64,000 nucleotides of DNA from Syntrophobacterales bacterium (GTDB lineage: Bacteria; Desulfobacterota; Desulfobaccia; Desulfobaccales; 0-14-0-80-60-11): NCBI GenBank assembly GCA_020060385.1, contig JAGVAH010000157.1, forward strand, positions 4,586-68,585, written 5' to 3'. Below, in pieces: positions 19,801-28,000 of the stretch (the first letter of the stretch is position 1; each line of letters starts with the position of its first letter). The notes beneath the pieces are model-generated. The model worked only from the letters and a program-made list of their open reading frames with translations, was not told where the DNA came from and ran no database searches. A program made the translations under genes and the position numbers.

Positions 19801-20087
19801 CGGAGCTCAGGGAAATCTTTGCCGGCGAGGGGCTGCGGGCCCTGGAGCTGATGGCCCAGGCCACGGTGGCCTATTTTGCTCGGGGCCATGGGGAAGGGCC
19901 CCCTGACCGGGTAGAAGTGCAGCGACAGGCGGCTGGGGCAGTGGAACGTTACCTCCGGGAAGAGGTTTACCCCCGGTACCGCCGGACGCCGGGGTTTTAC
20001 CATGACTATTACCGGGCCTGGGTGGCGCCGGACCTGAAAGAGGCCATTGTCAGGGAAGTGGCGGCGATTAACTGGAAAACCCCATAA
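13803..20087 (+). CDS. Giant (about 2,095 aa) domain-permuted 2-oxoacid:ferredoxin oxidoreductase-like fusion protein
   Basis: ORF track 13794 (TTG); ATG 13803 is more likely (AGGAGG upstream). Numbering from 13794. Ferredoxin motifs: C201-x2-C-x2-C-x3-C and C233-x2-C-x2-C-x3-CP. PFOR TPP-binding module: ACPTC..TCETGC, SGDGGAVIG..NVTDTQVYSNTGGESSATS, TPCPE. Gamma/POR-like module: FGSSKRGTPVFSATFISHRPIQ. PFOR domain I: IGFPITPAGN, NPSEKVAAE, TFTASQGW, ESHTDFM. PFOR domain II: SVRLFNPFPEE, IIDRSNSFGS. Long unassigned N-terminal, internal and C-terminal stretches. Confidence 0.8.
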   Translation: MAEGGSPGTILEASISGVPADLRQWRLIKGDPEVFGVWLGDSFYPLARRENLGLGFQEGLLGAGYAAAWRDRSDCLEHLPHPLADFFRRQPERSQFYLVSRNLPGNAGQPVPLFTLAKTDRGQAVVLELNPDFADRREIYLALAVYSLVQANTPYLHHRFDAHGDFQRLGAFSQVERHSTEMSRKHLGQRIYFEAEGCTHCLKCAASCSEMQVRLTSGGLTVLGPAEDYCTVCRLCLAHCPYLKDVRKEDLTPDRQAAPAAHFTGGAAVYLTREAAREAQAWFQGLAASPGRGGDWRISLLYQGASWQEGEPPGPEIRQYSLQEQRPGSPYKPLLITAHISPQGGTAPPLLILRLLSRVAVFLTSAAGEIEAELLRGVDSMGVLYQGVVDGEKFGSPGDMPLASKLHRLHRLAPDADLAALVTAGQVDVVLTPTLEALPAPVSSYFLEATGNLAHLLAPQIFQAFTFSPEPLLHEIRELCLEVFPRYPQLLAAEAERARTYLADLPRYGPEIHARYRTWGMAPGHSACPTCAELQTLAVPLYMAMLLSLSRGQVPQVTFTCETGCMSETLNKVKEVAQKVKGGRTVFGGGFAFGEAAAMSEEWAMARGVLPQGRRYVVSQSGDGGAVIGLPAWLNALRQRSFLIKDREAQVLHFINVTDTQVYSNTGGESSATSMLGMSTLTTPLGRFLVGNQRIQWQLINLAAEFPGVLVGSGHSAHKDLMQEFWAEADRLGRSAIRWDVTPCPETGKFFGEDPDRLARIMAYAGFLPEVVFVGRLRKRVAPINPRDRHKNWREWTSEPQPIYYWLAQDPRYRPLIRRDLVSGHWEPINPAVRAIIAQLESFRDGLNRQIDLENRLVREAEEYTAEFFRHLQAEWQRHRYVPEEFPYHFLFNDQGELKPEFGPALPRDFLEAVLGLDYVRQYVVARDEQMTGEVQTLQTPGPAAQAIPPDGGEGLPPPDPVVAMGTTATSYESVAAARQAEFQRLLDRLLDDRALAKQAQISQYILGKELARDFQAQGGIFTRAPGRGADLAPARREFRDSLAALGEFALGVASLAGERGIALNRLFSQYFTGKGAWAGMAWQFGSSKRGTPVFSATFISHRPIQRQDALLRFPFYVLTVTNYGDLKSQPDLFYDHLHPQGYLIINTPRTPAAIHQELLAGYDDHTRQGVARAQDAPRGEAREAVSQWLFEVPYNALNREQLDQVTKVLALAQARVITTDLDGIMAQVTGSSRAVSNLVAVAPMMRALELLGMPVSFEADLPALTAGFPGAVKKNKQLTEQYLTAMGRAYQESQGFSDAPPQLPPHPGGPSPDPGDYYLEMGGTLAGQVLSQLATRDHPLFYIGFPITPAGNPFYAMAQAYANGHPYIMVDENNPSEKVAAEKLLGVARTGGALPVTFTASQGWRLFAEIMPQLVGARLECLFILAKRALAAPALNIEESHTDFMTFRDDGAIMLSPKDIQEFVPCLYLARLLTHFARLPVVASLGGITDTHKISLVKVPPDQEVQAWLARALAEVDFLEDKLLNRQGEVIVHGPSATGEVYQETQSAVEKAHALVPRVFPYAARLVEELTGYRFQELEVAATAPGEPLTTGLVLTGSFYPNAQEAIAELAQEGWGELGAISVRLFNPFPEEALAEILSGAKLVTIIDRSNSFGSVPPLASRVITALARARKGLPPLFRVLVGGLGGREITVPELKEIIKFSHLCLAPRPQVKPGLRQRLLEGDLLLQGLLAERAALEARSLQRHTRLPAAARSEAQAPGALAATRERLAQALIRGDYLSALANYGSVEFVNPQEVWEETRLLKKLIIRLEMLLARELISQGQADWRAAATLLEYGVQPGDFALAVRGLNSLITAAPAPAAWTLYRLGEAYGHKFRPRGLTLRAPVGPPPAPLPPSAAPEIEEPAPPLGAARPEVPFSPAEAAILEKVMRALIGESAQRETLRNPLDLERETLDILARDPASQLFGRADGAIRRAYQEVYTGVIDRTLAEGILGQHYAPELREIFAGEGLRALELMAQATVAYFARGHGEGPPDRVEVQRQAAGAVERYLREEVYPRYRRTPGFYHDYYRAWVAPDLKEAIVREVAAINWKTP

Positions 20088-20090
20088 GGT

Positions 20091-23000
20091 TTGGAGGAAG
20101 TTTTGGCATCGCATCCCCGGAGCGGGGTTTCTGAAACTGTCGGGGCAGGCCCCTGGGGGGACCTGCGTCCCCGGGTTTATAAAGCGATTCGGGCCGCGGC
20201 CGCGGAGCCGGCAGCCCCGGCGGACCGCCGCGCATTGCTGGAACACTGGCTGAGCCCCTTATTCCAGGAGGATACCCGCGAACTTAGCTTCCCGGAGGAA
20301 TTGGCCCAAGATCAGCAAGCCTTGTTTCAGGGCGGCCTGCAGCGAGCCGTCAACCGTTGCCGCGGCTACGCCGGGGCCTGGTTTGCCTGGGAGTCCCTGG
20401 ACCCGGAAGCCCTGGCCCGGGAAGTGAAGCAGGCGGTCAGGAGGGTGGCCCGGGAAGATGAGATGGCCCAGTCTCTGATTGAGGGGCAGGATCTCCAGGC
20501 AGAGGAAATCCCCCGGCTCCGGAAATATAGGTTGCGGCAGCGCTGGTGCGGCGGTGGGGAGGCTGCCGACGCCTTCCGGGTGGAAGAGTGGCTCCAGGAT
20601 GTGGCCTTTTTTAACCGGGAATTAATGGAGATCGGCAGTTGGGCCCGTTTATTCCATACCGTCGCCTTGCTCCATGGGGAGGGGATAAAGGCACCGGAAC
20701 TGAGGCGGCAGGCCCTGCTCTCGGTTCAGGAAAAAGTCATTAAGGGACAACCCCTGGAGTCCCTTGGGGAAGTGGTCATTTATTTGGAGGGCCGGGTAAG
20801 GGCCGGGGAATATGCGACCTCCGGGGAGAGCCTGGCCCCGCCCCTGGAGCCTGGGCTGTTTCCCGGCGAGCCTCAGGATGTCTGCCTGCTGCTGCGGCTG
20901 GGGCTGGTTTTCCTGGTCACCGGGGGCAGGCGGCCCGAACATCGGCAGCGCCTGGACTGGTTGGCAAAGCACCAGGACCTTAACGACCTGCGCGATTTAT
21001 TTCTCTTATTCCTGGCAGCCCTCCAGGGGCAAGACCCCCTGCCGCCCCCCTCGGCGGTGCTGGACCAGCTCCAGCGTCAGGGCTACCCCATTCACCACCA
21101 GGATTCCAGTTACGCCTACCGGGCCTTCATGGTGCCTCTGGAAGATTTGCCCGGCGTCTTGGAGGTAAGCCTCAGTTGGCCCCTGGACCCCGGGGCCCTC
21201 ACCGGAGATCCGGAACGAGACTTAAGCCTGGGTCGGGACCAGGGAGAAAGGCAGGGCCTCTGGCTCCAGGCCTTTAAAGAAGAGGCCCTGGCCTATTGTC
21301 GGGGCCGGGTGAAGCCGCTGCCTTACGCCGAGCTTATCCGCCCCGCGGCCCGGTTTGCCGCGGCTTGGCTGGCGGCTAGACAGTGTCGGGAGGGGAAAGC
21401 GCTGGATCTGCCAGCCCAGGTCCAAGAAGGGGTGAACCTCCTGCCGCCAGCCCTCTTGAAGCTCATTAGGCCTCGCAAGGGCTACGAACTGTCCCACCGC
21501 AGTCAACTGGAAAGATTGCTGCAGCAGGAATTCCAGGCCTACCACCAGGTCCTCTACCGGTGTCGCGGTGGCGGCTGCCTGGCCAATAAGGCTGATGAGG
21601 GCCGCTTCTTCCATCTGGCCGCGGCCCTGGCGCTGGCGTGCCGCCAGAGTGACTTAATGGCCTTGGGTCCGGAAGAGGTGACGGGATTGGAAGTGGCGGA
21701 AGTCTTGGACCATCTCCAGGAATTGGCCGCCACCCTTTCCCTGGACCTGGAACCTGCGGCCGCGCCCTACTGGCATGAATTCAAGGATTGGCTTAAGGAG
21801 AAGCTGGATTGGCCTTCCCTGGCGGGAGAGGCAGAAGACCCCGGTGGACTCCCGGTCAACTGGAAGTCTGAGGCGGATACCCTTTTCCAGGAACTGGCTG
21901 GGCAGCTTTACCGTTTGGTGGTGGCCAAGGCCCGGGCCGAGGGGGGGCTGCCTCTTCTTAAGGGGGACCGCCATCTGCTTGCCTGGCTGGCAGACTGGCT
22001 GACTCCGGAAAGGCGCGCCCTCCTTAAAGCCTCCGGCGCCCAGCTACTCAACACCATTAAGGCCCAAGCCCGGCAAGCGGTGTGGGAATCCTACCCCTTG
22101 CTGCTGGAGAGCAGGGAAGAACTGCTGGCCCTGAGCAAGTATTATCTGGGGGTGGAACTCAAGGGCCGGGATTTGGAGACCTATGCCCGGACCCAGCCGC
22201 TGGGGGACTTGGCCCCAAAAGTGGCGGCGGCTCTCCAGAGATGCCACATTCCTCCGGAAATTGCCGGTCCCGGCGGGGTGGAAGCGGTTATCCAAGAAGT
22301 GCTGCGGCCCCGAACCCTGGAGGCCACTGCGGCCCAACGGCAACTGGAGGAAAAGGTCCTGGCCCTTCTGCCCCGGACCGATTGCGGCTCCTGCGGCAGC
22401 CCGGGTTGCCTGGCTTTTGCACGACTGCTGGTCCAGGGCCGGGCCCAACCGAGCCAATGCCCCACCTCCCCCGCGGCCACCAAGGCGCGGCTGACCGGGA
22501 TTCTCGGGGCGACGCCCGCGGCGGCTCCGGAGCCTTATGTCCTCAGGCCCGGGGAAATCCCCCTGCTCACCTGCCTGTTAGACCCATATTTCGTGGCCCT
22601 GCGACAGCGGCTGGCCCAGGAATTGGACGCGGGTGAGCGGGAGAGGATTATCCCCTTTAAAAAGCGGGGGATTTCCATTCTGCAAATCGGCAAAAGTCCC
22701 GATGCCGCTGCCTTTCACAGGTATTTAGAGGATTATTTGGGCTCCGACGCGGCCAATCGCCTGAGCCGCAGCGACCGGGCCTTTCTGGCGGATTACGGCG
22801 ACTTGAGACTGGCTGCCGCCACCCGGGAGCTGGAAGATGAATTTTCCTGGGCCGCGTATGAGACCCGGATCAATCTCTCGAAATTCGCCCTGGCGGAAAG
22901 AGACCTGGCCCGGGGGGCCGCGGCCCATTATGACCGCTGCTTCTTTCTTTCAGACTTGTCTATTACGGACCGGACCCGGGTGCAGGAATTCCGCCGTCAA

Positions 23001-24941
23001 CGCTTCCTGTGCGATTTTTTGGAGGATTGGGAGCAAAGCTTGACGGAACTCTGGCAGGCTGGGTCCCGCATCGAAGATTGGCAGGACTTCTCCCATATTG
23101 TGGCTAAATCTTACTGGCATCAGGAATTCACCCCGGCCCCGAAAGAAATCATGCAGGCCTTGGGGCGGGCGATCCGGGAGCCCCTGCCCGCCTGGGGCCT
23201 ATCCTGGGGGGAAAGGCTGGTGCAGGAGCAGTGGCACGCCCTGGAAAGCGAAAAGTCACATCTGGCTGAACTACTCAGACGGCGACGGGTGGAAACTCCC
23301 GCAGACCTGGACCTTCTTGTCCGCGGCTTGGTGAACCGGGCCTGGCAGGATCTGACCGCCGGAACGCCGGCCCCGGGTCTGCCCCGTCCCGACCCGGTGC
23401 TGCAGATCAGCCGGAACGCCTTTAAGCAACTGGACCAGGCCAATCTCCACATGGCCGGGGACCTCAGGATGCATTGGGATGAACTCTCCGGGCGGGTCCG
23501 GGAGATTCTGGGCGCAGATACCCAGGTGGCGCCGGAGGAATTGGCCCGCCTGCAAGCCAGCGCCGCCGGCCTGGCCTGGCGAGAGATGTCCTCTTTGGGG
23601 AGGGCCTGGATCGAGGCCCAAATAACGGCCGCGGCGGAACGTCTCCTCTTGGAAGAAGTTGAGGTGGACCGTTTTCTTAAGGGGGATCTGCCTTTCCCCA
23701 GTCCCCGGACTCTGCGCCGGGCAGTCTGCCGGCTGTATGCGGCCGGCAAAAAAGGCCTTCACCACCTCCTGGAGGCCCTACACACGGCTATGCAGGCCTA
23801 TCCCCAAGGGTGGCAGGCGCTGGGAGAGGCGGCCCTGTTCCAGCTTATCTGGGCGCGTCTGGCCACCGGGCGATTCAGATTCACGGAGCCCGGGGCCGAT
23901 AACCTGGTGCGCAAGGTGGACCGCCTGCTCCGGGCCCAGGTGAGCAAGGACGTGCATAAGCTGAAGGCCTACATGTTTCTGTTGGCGAAGATGGAGGGCA
24001 ACCTGGATAAGCTCACGGCCCTGCTCCGGGAAATCCGGGAGACCTCGGATATTATCGAAGCCGCCTGGCTGGACTTTACCAAAGAACGCCTGGCTCTGCG
24101 CCGTTCCCCTCATCCTGAGGCGGCAGAGGGCCAAAAAGCGCCCTTGCTGCTGGCCCGCCTTGACCCGGCGCGGCTGAACCGTTACCTGGAAGAGGGTCTG
24201 CCCCGGGGGGAACCCCGGGAATGTAGCCGGGCCTATGAGGAACTGACCACCATCTTGGAATTCTATGTGGTCTCCGCGGCCCCCCAAGATTCTCCCCAGG
24301 AGATCTTCCAGCACCTGCAAGGGGGCTGCTACGATTTTACCGGGATTTCCCCCCAATCCTTATTGAAGACTTTACAGGTCCTCCACCAGCAGCGGGATCG
24401 CCTCCTGCCCCGCAAAATCAGCATTTGCACCTACGTCCTGGGCCATCGCCTGGCTGGCGCGGAACCACATCTGGCCCAGAGCGAAGCCGACTTTCTCAAT
24501 GAGAAGAAGGCCTTTCTGAAATCCGAGGCTTTGCCAGCGGAACTCCGCAAGGGACAACTGGCGGGCAACTGGGGGGTAGAGCTGGGAAAAATCAGAAATG
24601 CCCTCTACCTGCAAGTCTCTGATCTGCTGGAACAGGAACGCACGGAAAGTTTTGCCAACCGCATCGGCCAGATCATTGAGCGCCTGGAAGAAGAATACGC
24701 GGCCACCGTGGAGGCGTTCCAAAAGGGTGAGTTTAACCGCCGCACCGCTTTTTATATTTTCCGGCGCTTCCAGAAGGATCAGAATGAACTGTCGGGCGCG
24801 GATTTGGGACGTTTTCTCAAGCGGCACCAACCGGAAACCCTGGCGCAACTCCGGAGCCGGTTGGCGCCCCTGGTGGTGGCCGAGGTGGAGGGGCAGCTGG
24901 AAAAGATCTTATCCAAGTATCAGGGGGCGTTGTTGGGCTAG
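20091..24941 (+). CDS. Giant (1,616 aa) helical protein with a single RnfB/CFeSP-type [4Fe-4S] motif; function unknown
   Basis: Starts 3 nt after the ORF A stop (TTG 20091, or TTG 20103 with GGAGG 5 nt upstream). The only recognisable motif is LLPRTDCGSCGSPGCLAFARLLVQGRAQPSQCP, i.e. C765-x2-C-x4-C-x16-C790 (nt 22383-22460). The remainder is Leu/Ala/Glu/Arg-rich with uniform coding-like composition. Confidence 0.75.
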   Translation: MEEVLASHPRSGVSETVGAGPWGDLRPRVYKAIRAAAAEPAAPADRRALLEHWLSPLFQEDTRELSFPEELAQDQQALFQGGLQRAVNRCRGYAGAWFAWESLDPEALAREVKQAVRRVAREDEMAQSLIEGQDLQAEEIPRLRKYRLRQRWCGGGEAADAFRVEEWLQDVAFFNRELMEIGSWARLFHTVALLHGEGIKAPELRRQALLSVQEKVIKGQPLESLGEVVIYLEGRVRAGEYATSGESLAPPLEPGLFPGEPQDVCLLLRLGLVFLVTGGRRPEHRQRLDWLAKHQDLNDLRDLFLLFLAALQGQDPLPPPSAVLDQLQRQGYPIHHQDSSYAYRAFMVPLEDLPGVLEVSLSWPLDPGALTGDPERDLSLGRDQGERQGLWLQAFKEEALAYCRGRVKPLPYAELIRPAARFAAAWLAARQCREGKALDLPAQVQEGVNLLPPALLKLIRPRKGYELSHRSQLERLLQQEFQAYHQVLYRCRGGGCLANKADEGRFFHLAAALALACRQSDLMALGPEEVTGLEVAEVLDHLQELAATLSLDLEPAAAPYWHEFKDWLKEKLDWPSLAGEAEDPGGLPVNWKSEADTLFQELAGQLYRLVVAKARAEGGLPLLKGDRHLLAWLADWLTPERRALLKASGAQLLNTIKAQARQAVWESYPLLLESREELLALSKYYLGVELKGRDLETYARTQPLGDLAPKVAAALQRCHIPPEIAGPGGVEAVIQEVLRPRTLEATAAQRQLEEKVLALLPRTDCGSCGSPGCLAFARLLVQGRAQPSQCPTSPAATKARLTGILGATPAAAPEPYVLRPGEIPLLTCLLDPYFVALRQRLAQELDAGERERIIPFKKRGISILQIGKSPDAAAFHRYLEDYLGSDAANRLSRSDRAFLADYGDLRLAAATRELEDEFSWAAYETRINLSKFALAERDLARGAAAHYDRCFFLSDLSITDRTRVQEFRRQRFLCDFLEDWEQSLTELWQAGSRIEDWQDFSHIVAKSYWHQEFTPAPKEIMQALGRAIREPLPAWGLSWGERLVQEQWHALESEKSHLAELLRRRRVETPADLDLLVRGLVNRAWQDLTAGTPAPGLPRPDPVLQISRNAFKQLDQANLHMAGDLRMHWDELSGRVREILGADTQVAPEELARLQASAAGLAWREMSSLGRAWIEAQITAAAERLLLEEVEVDRFLKGDLPFPSPRTLRRAVCRLYAAGKKGLHHLLEALHTAMQAYPQGWQALGEAALFQLIWARLATGRFRFTEPGADNLVRKVDRLLRAQVSKDVHKLKAYMFLLAKMEGNLDKLTALLREIRETSDIIEAAWLDFTKERLALRRSPHPEAAEGQKAPLLLARLDPARLNRYLEEGLPRGEPRECSRAYEELTTILEFYVVSAAPQDSPQEIFQHLQGGCYDFTGISPQSLLKTLQVLHQQRDRLLPRKISICTYVLGHRLAGAEPHLAQSEADFLNEKKAFLKSEALPAELRKGQLAGNWGVELGKIRNALYLQVSDLLEQERTESFANRIGQIIERLEEEYAATVEAFQKGEFNRRTAFYIFRRFQKDQNELSGADLGRFLKRHQPETLAQLRSRLAPLVVAEVEGQLEKILSKYQGALLG

Positions 24942-25000
24942 GGGCGTCGTCCCGGAGGCGGCGGTCCTTGCCGGCCTGGGCCCTGGTTTAAGGAGCGCCC

Positions 25001-28000
25001 ATGGGTGCACAAATCCTGGAGATGCGGCTGAGTCCCGGCTGTCAGGAGGAAGCAGCCGGGGAATATGATCTGCGCCCGGACCTCACCCCGGAAGCGGCCG
25101 CAAAAGAATTGCCTCCGGCGGCGCGCCGGGTTTTAGCGCCGGTGGCGGCCGCGTTCGCGGCCCTGCATCGGGGTTTGGTGGAAGATTTGCCACTGACCGG
25201 CATCCGCAAGGTTCGCCTTTTCCAGAACCTGGGCGCCGCGGCGCGTTTGGCCCGGAGCCAGGAACCTGGGGCCGCCACCGCCGAAGTAGCGCTGGCCGCC
25301 CTGGGGGCCGGGCCGCAGTGGGTTTCATTGCTGGCTGACCTGCTGCGGGCCGCGGCCCTATATCCGGGGGTGCGGGATACCCGGCTGCCCCGGCGTTTCG
25401 CGCCCCTGGCCCGGATGGTGGCCCCCTTGCGCCACCTCCTGGAAAAGATCCGGGAAAGGGTTCAGCGCCAGCCTCGATTTGCCTCCCAGATTATGGGGCC
25501 CCTGGAAGCTGATGACTCCCAGCGGCTGGTTGACCCCTGGGGGCAGACCCGCCTGCTGCTCCAGCGTTTCCTATGCCGGCAGGACTGGCGGGAACGGGAT
25601 GTGCTGCACCTGATGCTGGATTTCCTCCAGGGGAGCCCTAACCTTTACGGGGAGCGCCTCCTGAACCTCTGGTTTTCCTTGAAGCGCCTGCAAGATGAGG
25701 AGCCCGCGGCCTATACCCGGATGGTGGCCGCGCTCATCAACGAAGGACGGGCCTATCTGGGAGAGCTCCCCCGCTGGCGCCACCTCTGCGGGATGGGGGA
25801 AACCGGGGGAACAGGGGCCTGGGAAGGGGCTGACACCTTCCGGGTCATCCAGGGCATGGCCGGGCTCCTGGGAGTACCCCCGGAGGATCTTCCGGCTCTT
25901 TCCGCCGCAACTGGCGCGGCGGGGATTGACTGGGACACCCTCAAGGCCGCAGCCTTACAAACAGGAGGCGGGTTCTCCCCCTTAAAACCCTTGGAGAGGG
26001 CTTCTCTCTTCCTGGCCGCGGAGCTGTTCCCCGAAAATTTGGGCCATCGGGCCTTTCTGCGCTTCCTCTTGGAAAACGAAGAGCCTTACCGGCAGTTGCT
26101 GGCCACCTGCTACAGCTCATTGGAAACGCAAGAGGCCCAGCTTGCCAGGATTTTAACCGCGTTTAACGGGCACCCGGCCAATATCGAAAAACGGGTGCAT
26201 TACCGCCAGAGTGAGGCGGCCCAGTTGCTGCGGGTCTTCTTTTTGCGGCCCGATCCGGTGGAGGCCATCATTGACCGGGAGCGGAAAAAAGACATCTATT
26301 ACCGCCTCCCCGGGTTGCCAGGCCAGGCCCTGCTCCCCCAGGTGCTCCACGAATGCCAAAGCATCTTCCAGTACCTCACGCAGGAGGCCCTGAAACGGGT
26401 GGCCGCGGGTTTAGGGGTCGATCCTGCCGAGATTGGCCGGGTCATCGCCTCCTACAAGGAGTTTACGGTGGATCCCACCGGCCAGCACCTCCTTTATGTC
26501 TGCAAGGGCACCGCCTGCTTTCTGAGGGGCCAGCCCCACCTTTCCCAGGCCCTGGCCACCCGCCTGGGAGTGGAGGAAGGCCGGGTTTCCCCGGAGGGGG
26601 TGCAATTCTTTGAGCGGGATTGTTTTGGCACCTGTCATCTGGCCCCGGTGATCAAGGTGGGCCACACCTTTGTTGCCGCCTTGAGGCCGGAGGTAATCCC
26701 GCCCTTGATCGGCAAGCTCCTCAAGGGCCGCTCCTTCGCCAATCGCTCCGATTTCTTCAAGGCCGTTCGGGATAGCCTGGCGGAAGAAGATCAGGTGGTC
26801 CTGAGCCACTCTTGCCCCGTCCAGGGGGCCTGCGGGCTGGAGGTCACCCCGGAGCAATTAGAGGGCCTGGCCATTAACGGCCTGGGGGAGATCCGGGCCT
26901 GGCCGGAAAAGAAAGTCCTGGGAACCCTGGCGGAACGGAGCTACTCCTTCAGTTTTATGGATCCGTCTGGCAGCCGGCAATACGGCACCCTCATTACCGA
27001 TGCCGACGACTTTCTCCTGGGGGTGGTCAATGTCCCGGACCCCCGGGTGCAAAAGGGATTGGCGCGCACCCTGCGGCCCCGGGTAGTGCTTAAGGACCAT
27101 TACGTCCATTTGGAGGGACGCCCTCAGCCCCTGGGGGCCTATCACTCCAACAGCATCGCCTTGGGGAAGCCGGACGGCACCTACGGCAGCCTGGTCTTTG
27201 GGGAAGAGAACCTCCAGTCTCCCCCGGAAGAGACCTGTGGCTTGACCCCGGGTTTCCAGCGTCCGGTCCCCCCGGAATTTTTCCGGCGGCAAGACCGGCT
27301 CCTCCTGGGGTTTGTGGAGGGAGTGAACCCGGAATCCATCGATTCTTATCTGGAAAAGGGCGGCTACCAGGCCTTGAAAAAGGTTCTGGGTTACGGTCAG
27401 CCGGAGAAGAGCTGGCCGCCGGCAACCATCGTCCAGGAGATCATGGCCGCCAATCTCCGGGGCCGGGGGGGCGCGGGCTTCCCCACCGGCGTCAAGTGGG
27501 AGGCCATGCTTCAGGCTCGTCCCGAATCGCGGGCAGGAGACGAGGTGGACCTGCCTCTGAAGTTAATGGTGGCTAACGGTGACGAAGGCGACCCCGGCGC
27601 CTTTATGGACCGCACCTTGATCCAGGAACGGCCCCATCAGGTTCTGGAAGGGATGCTCATCGCCGCCCTGGCCACCGGCTGCCGCTATGGCGTCATCTAT
27701 GTCCGCAAGGAATACGAAGATGCGGTGCAGCGCCTGGAAAACGCCGTCTTTGAGGCCCGGCGCTACGGTTTCCTGGGGCGGCAGGTAATGGAAGTGGCGG
27801 ATTTCGACTTCGATGTGGAAATCCGCTTGGGTGCCGGGGCTTTTGTGGCCGGGGAAAAACGGGCCATTATGCGGGCCATCGCCGGCAAGCCCGCGGAGCC
27901 CGATCTTCAGGCGGTCTCCAATGTCAAGGGGGGACTGTGGGGCAAGCCCACCCTGCTGAACAACGTGGAAACCTTTGCCAATGTGCCTTTGATTATCAGC

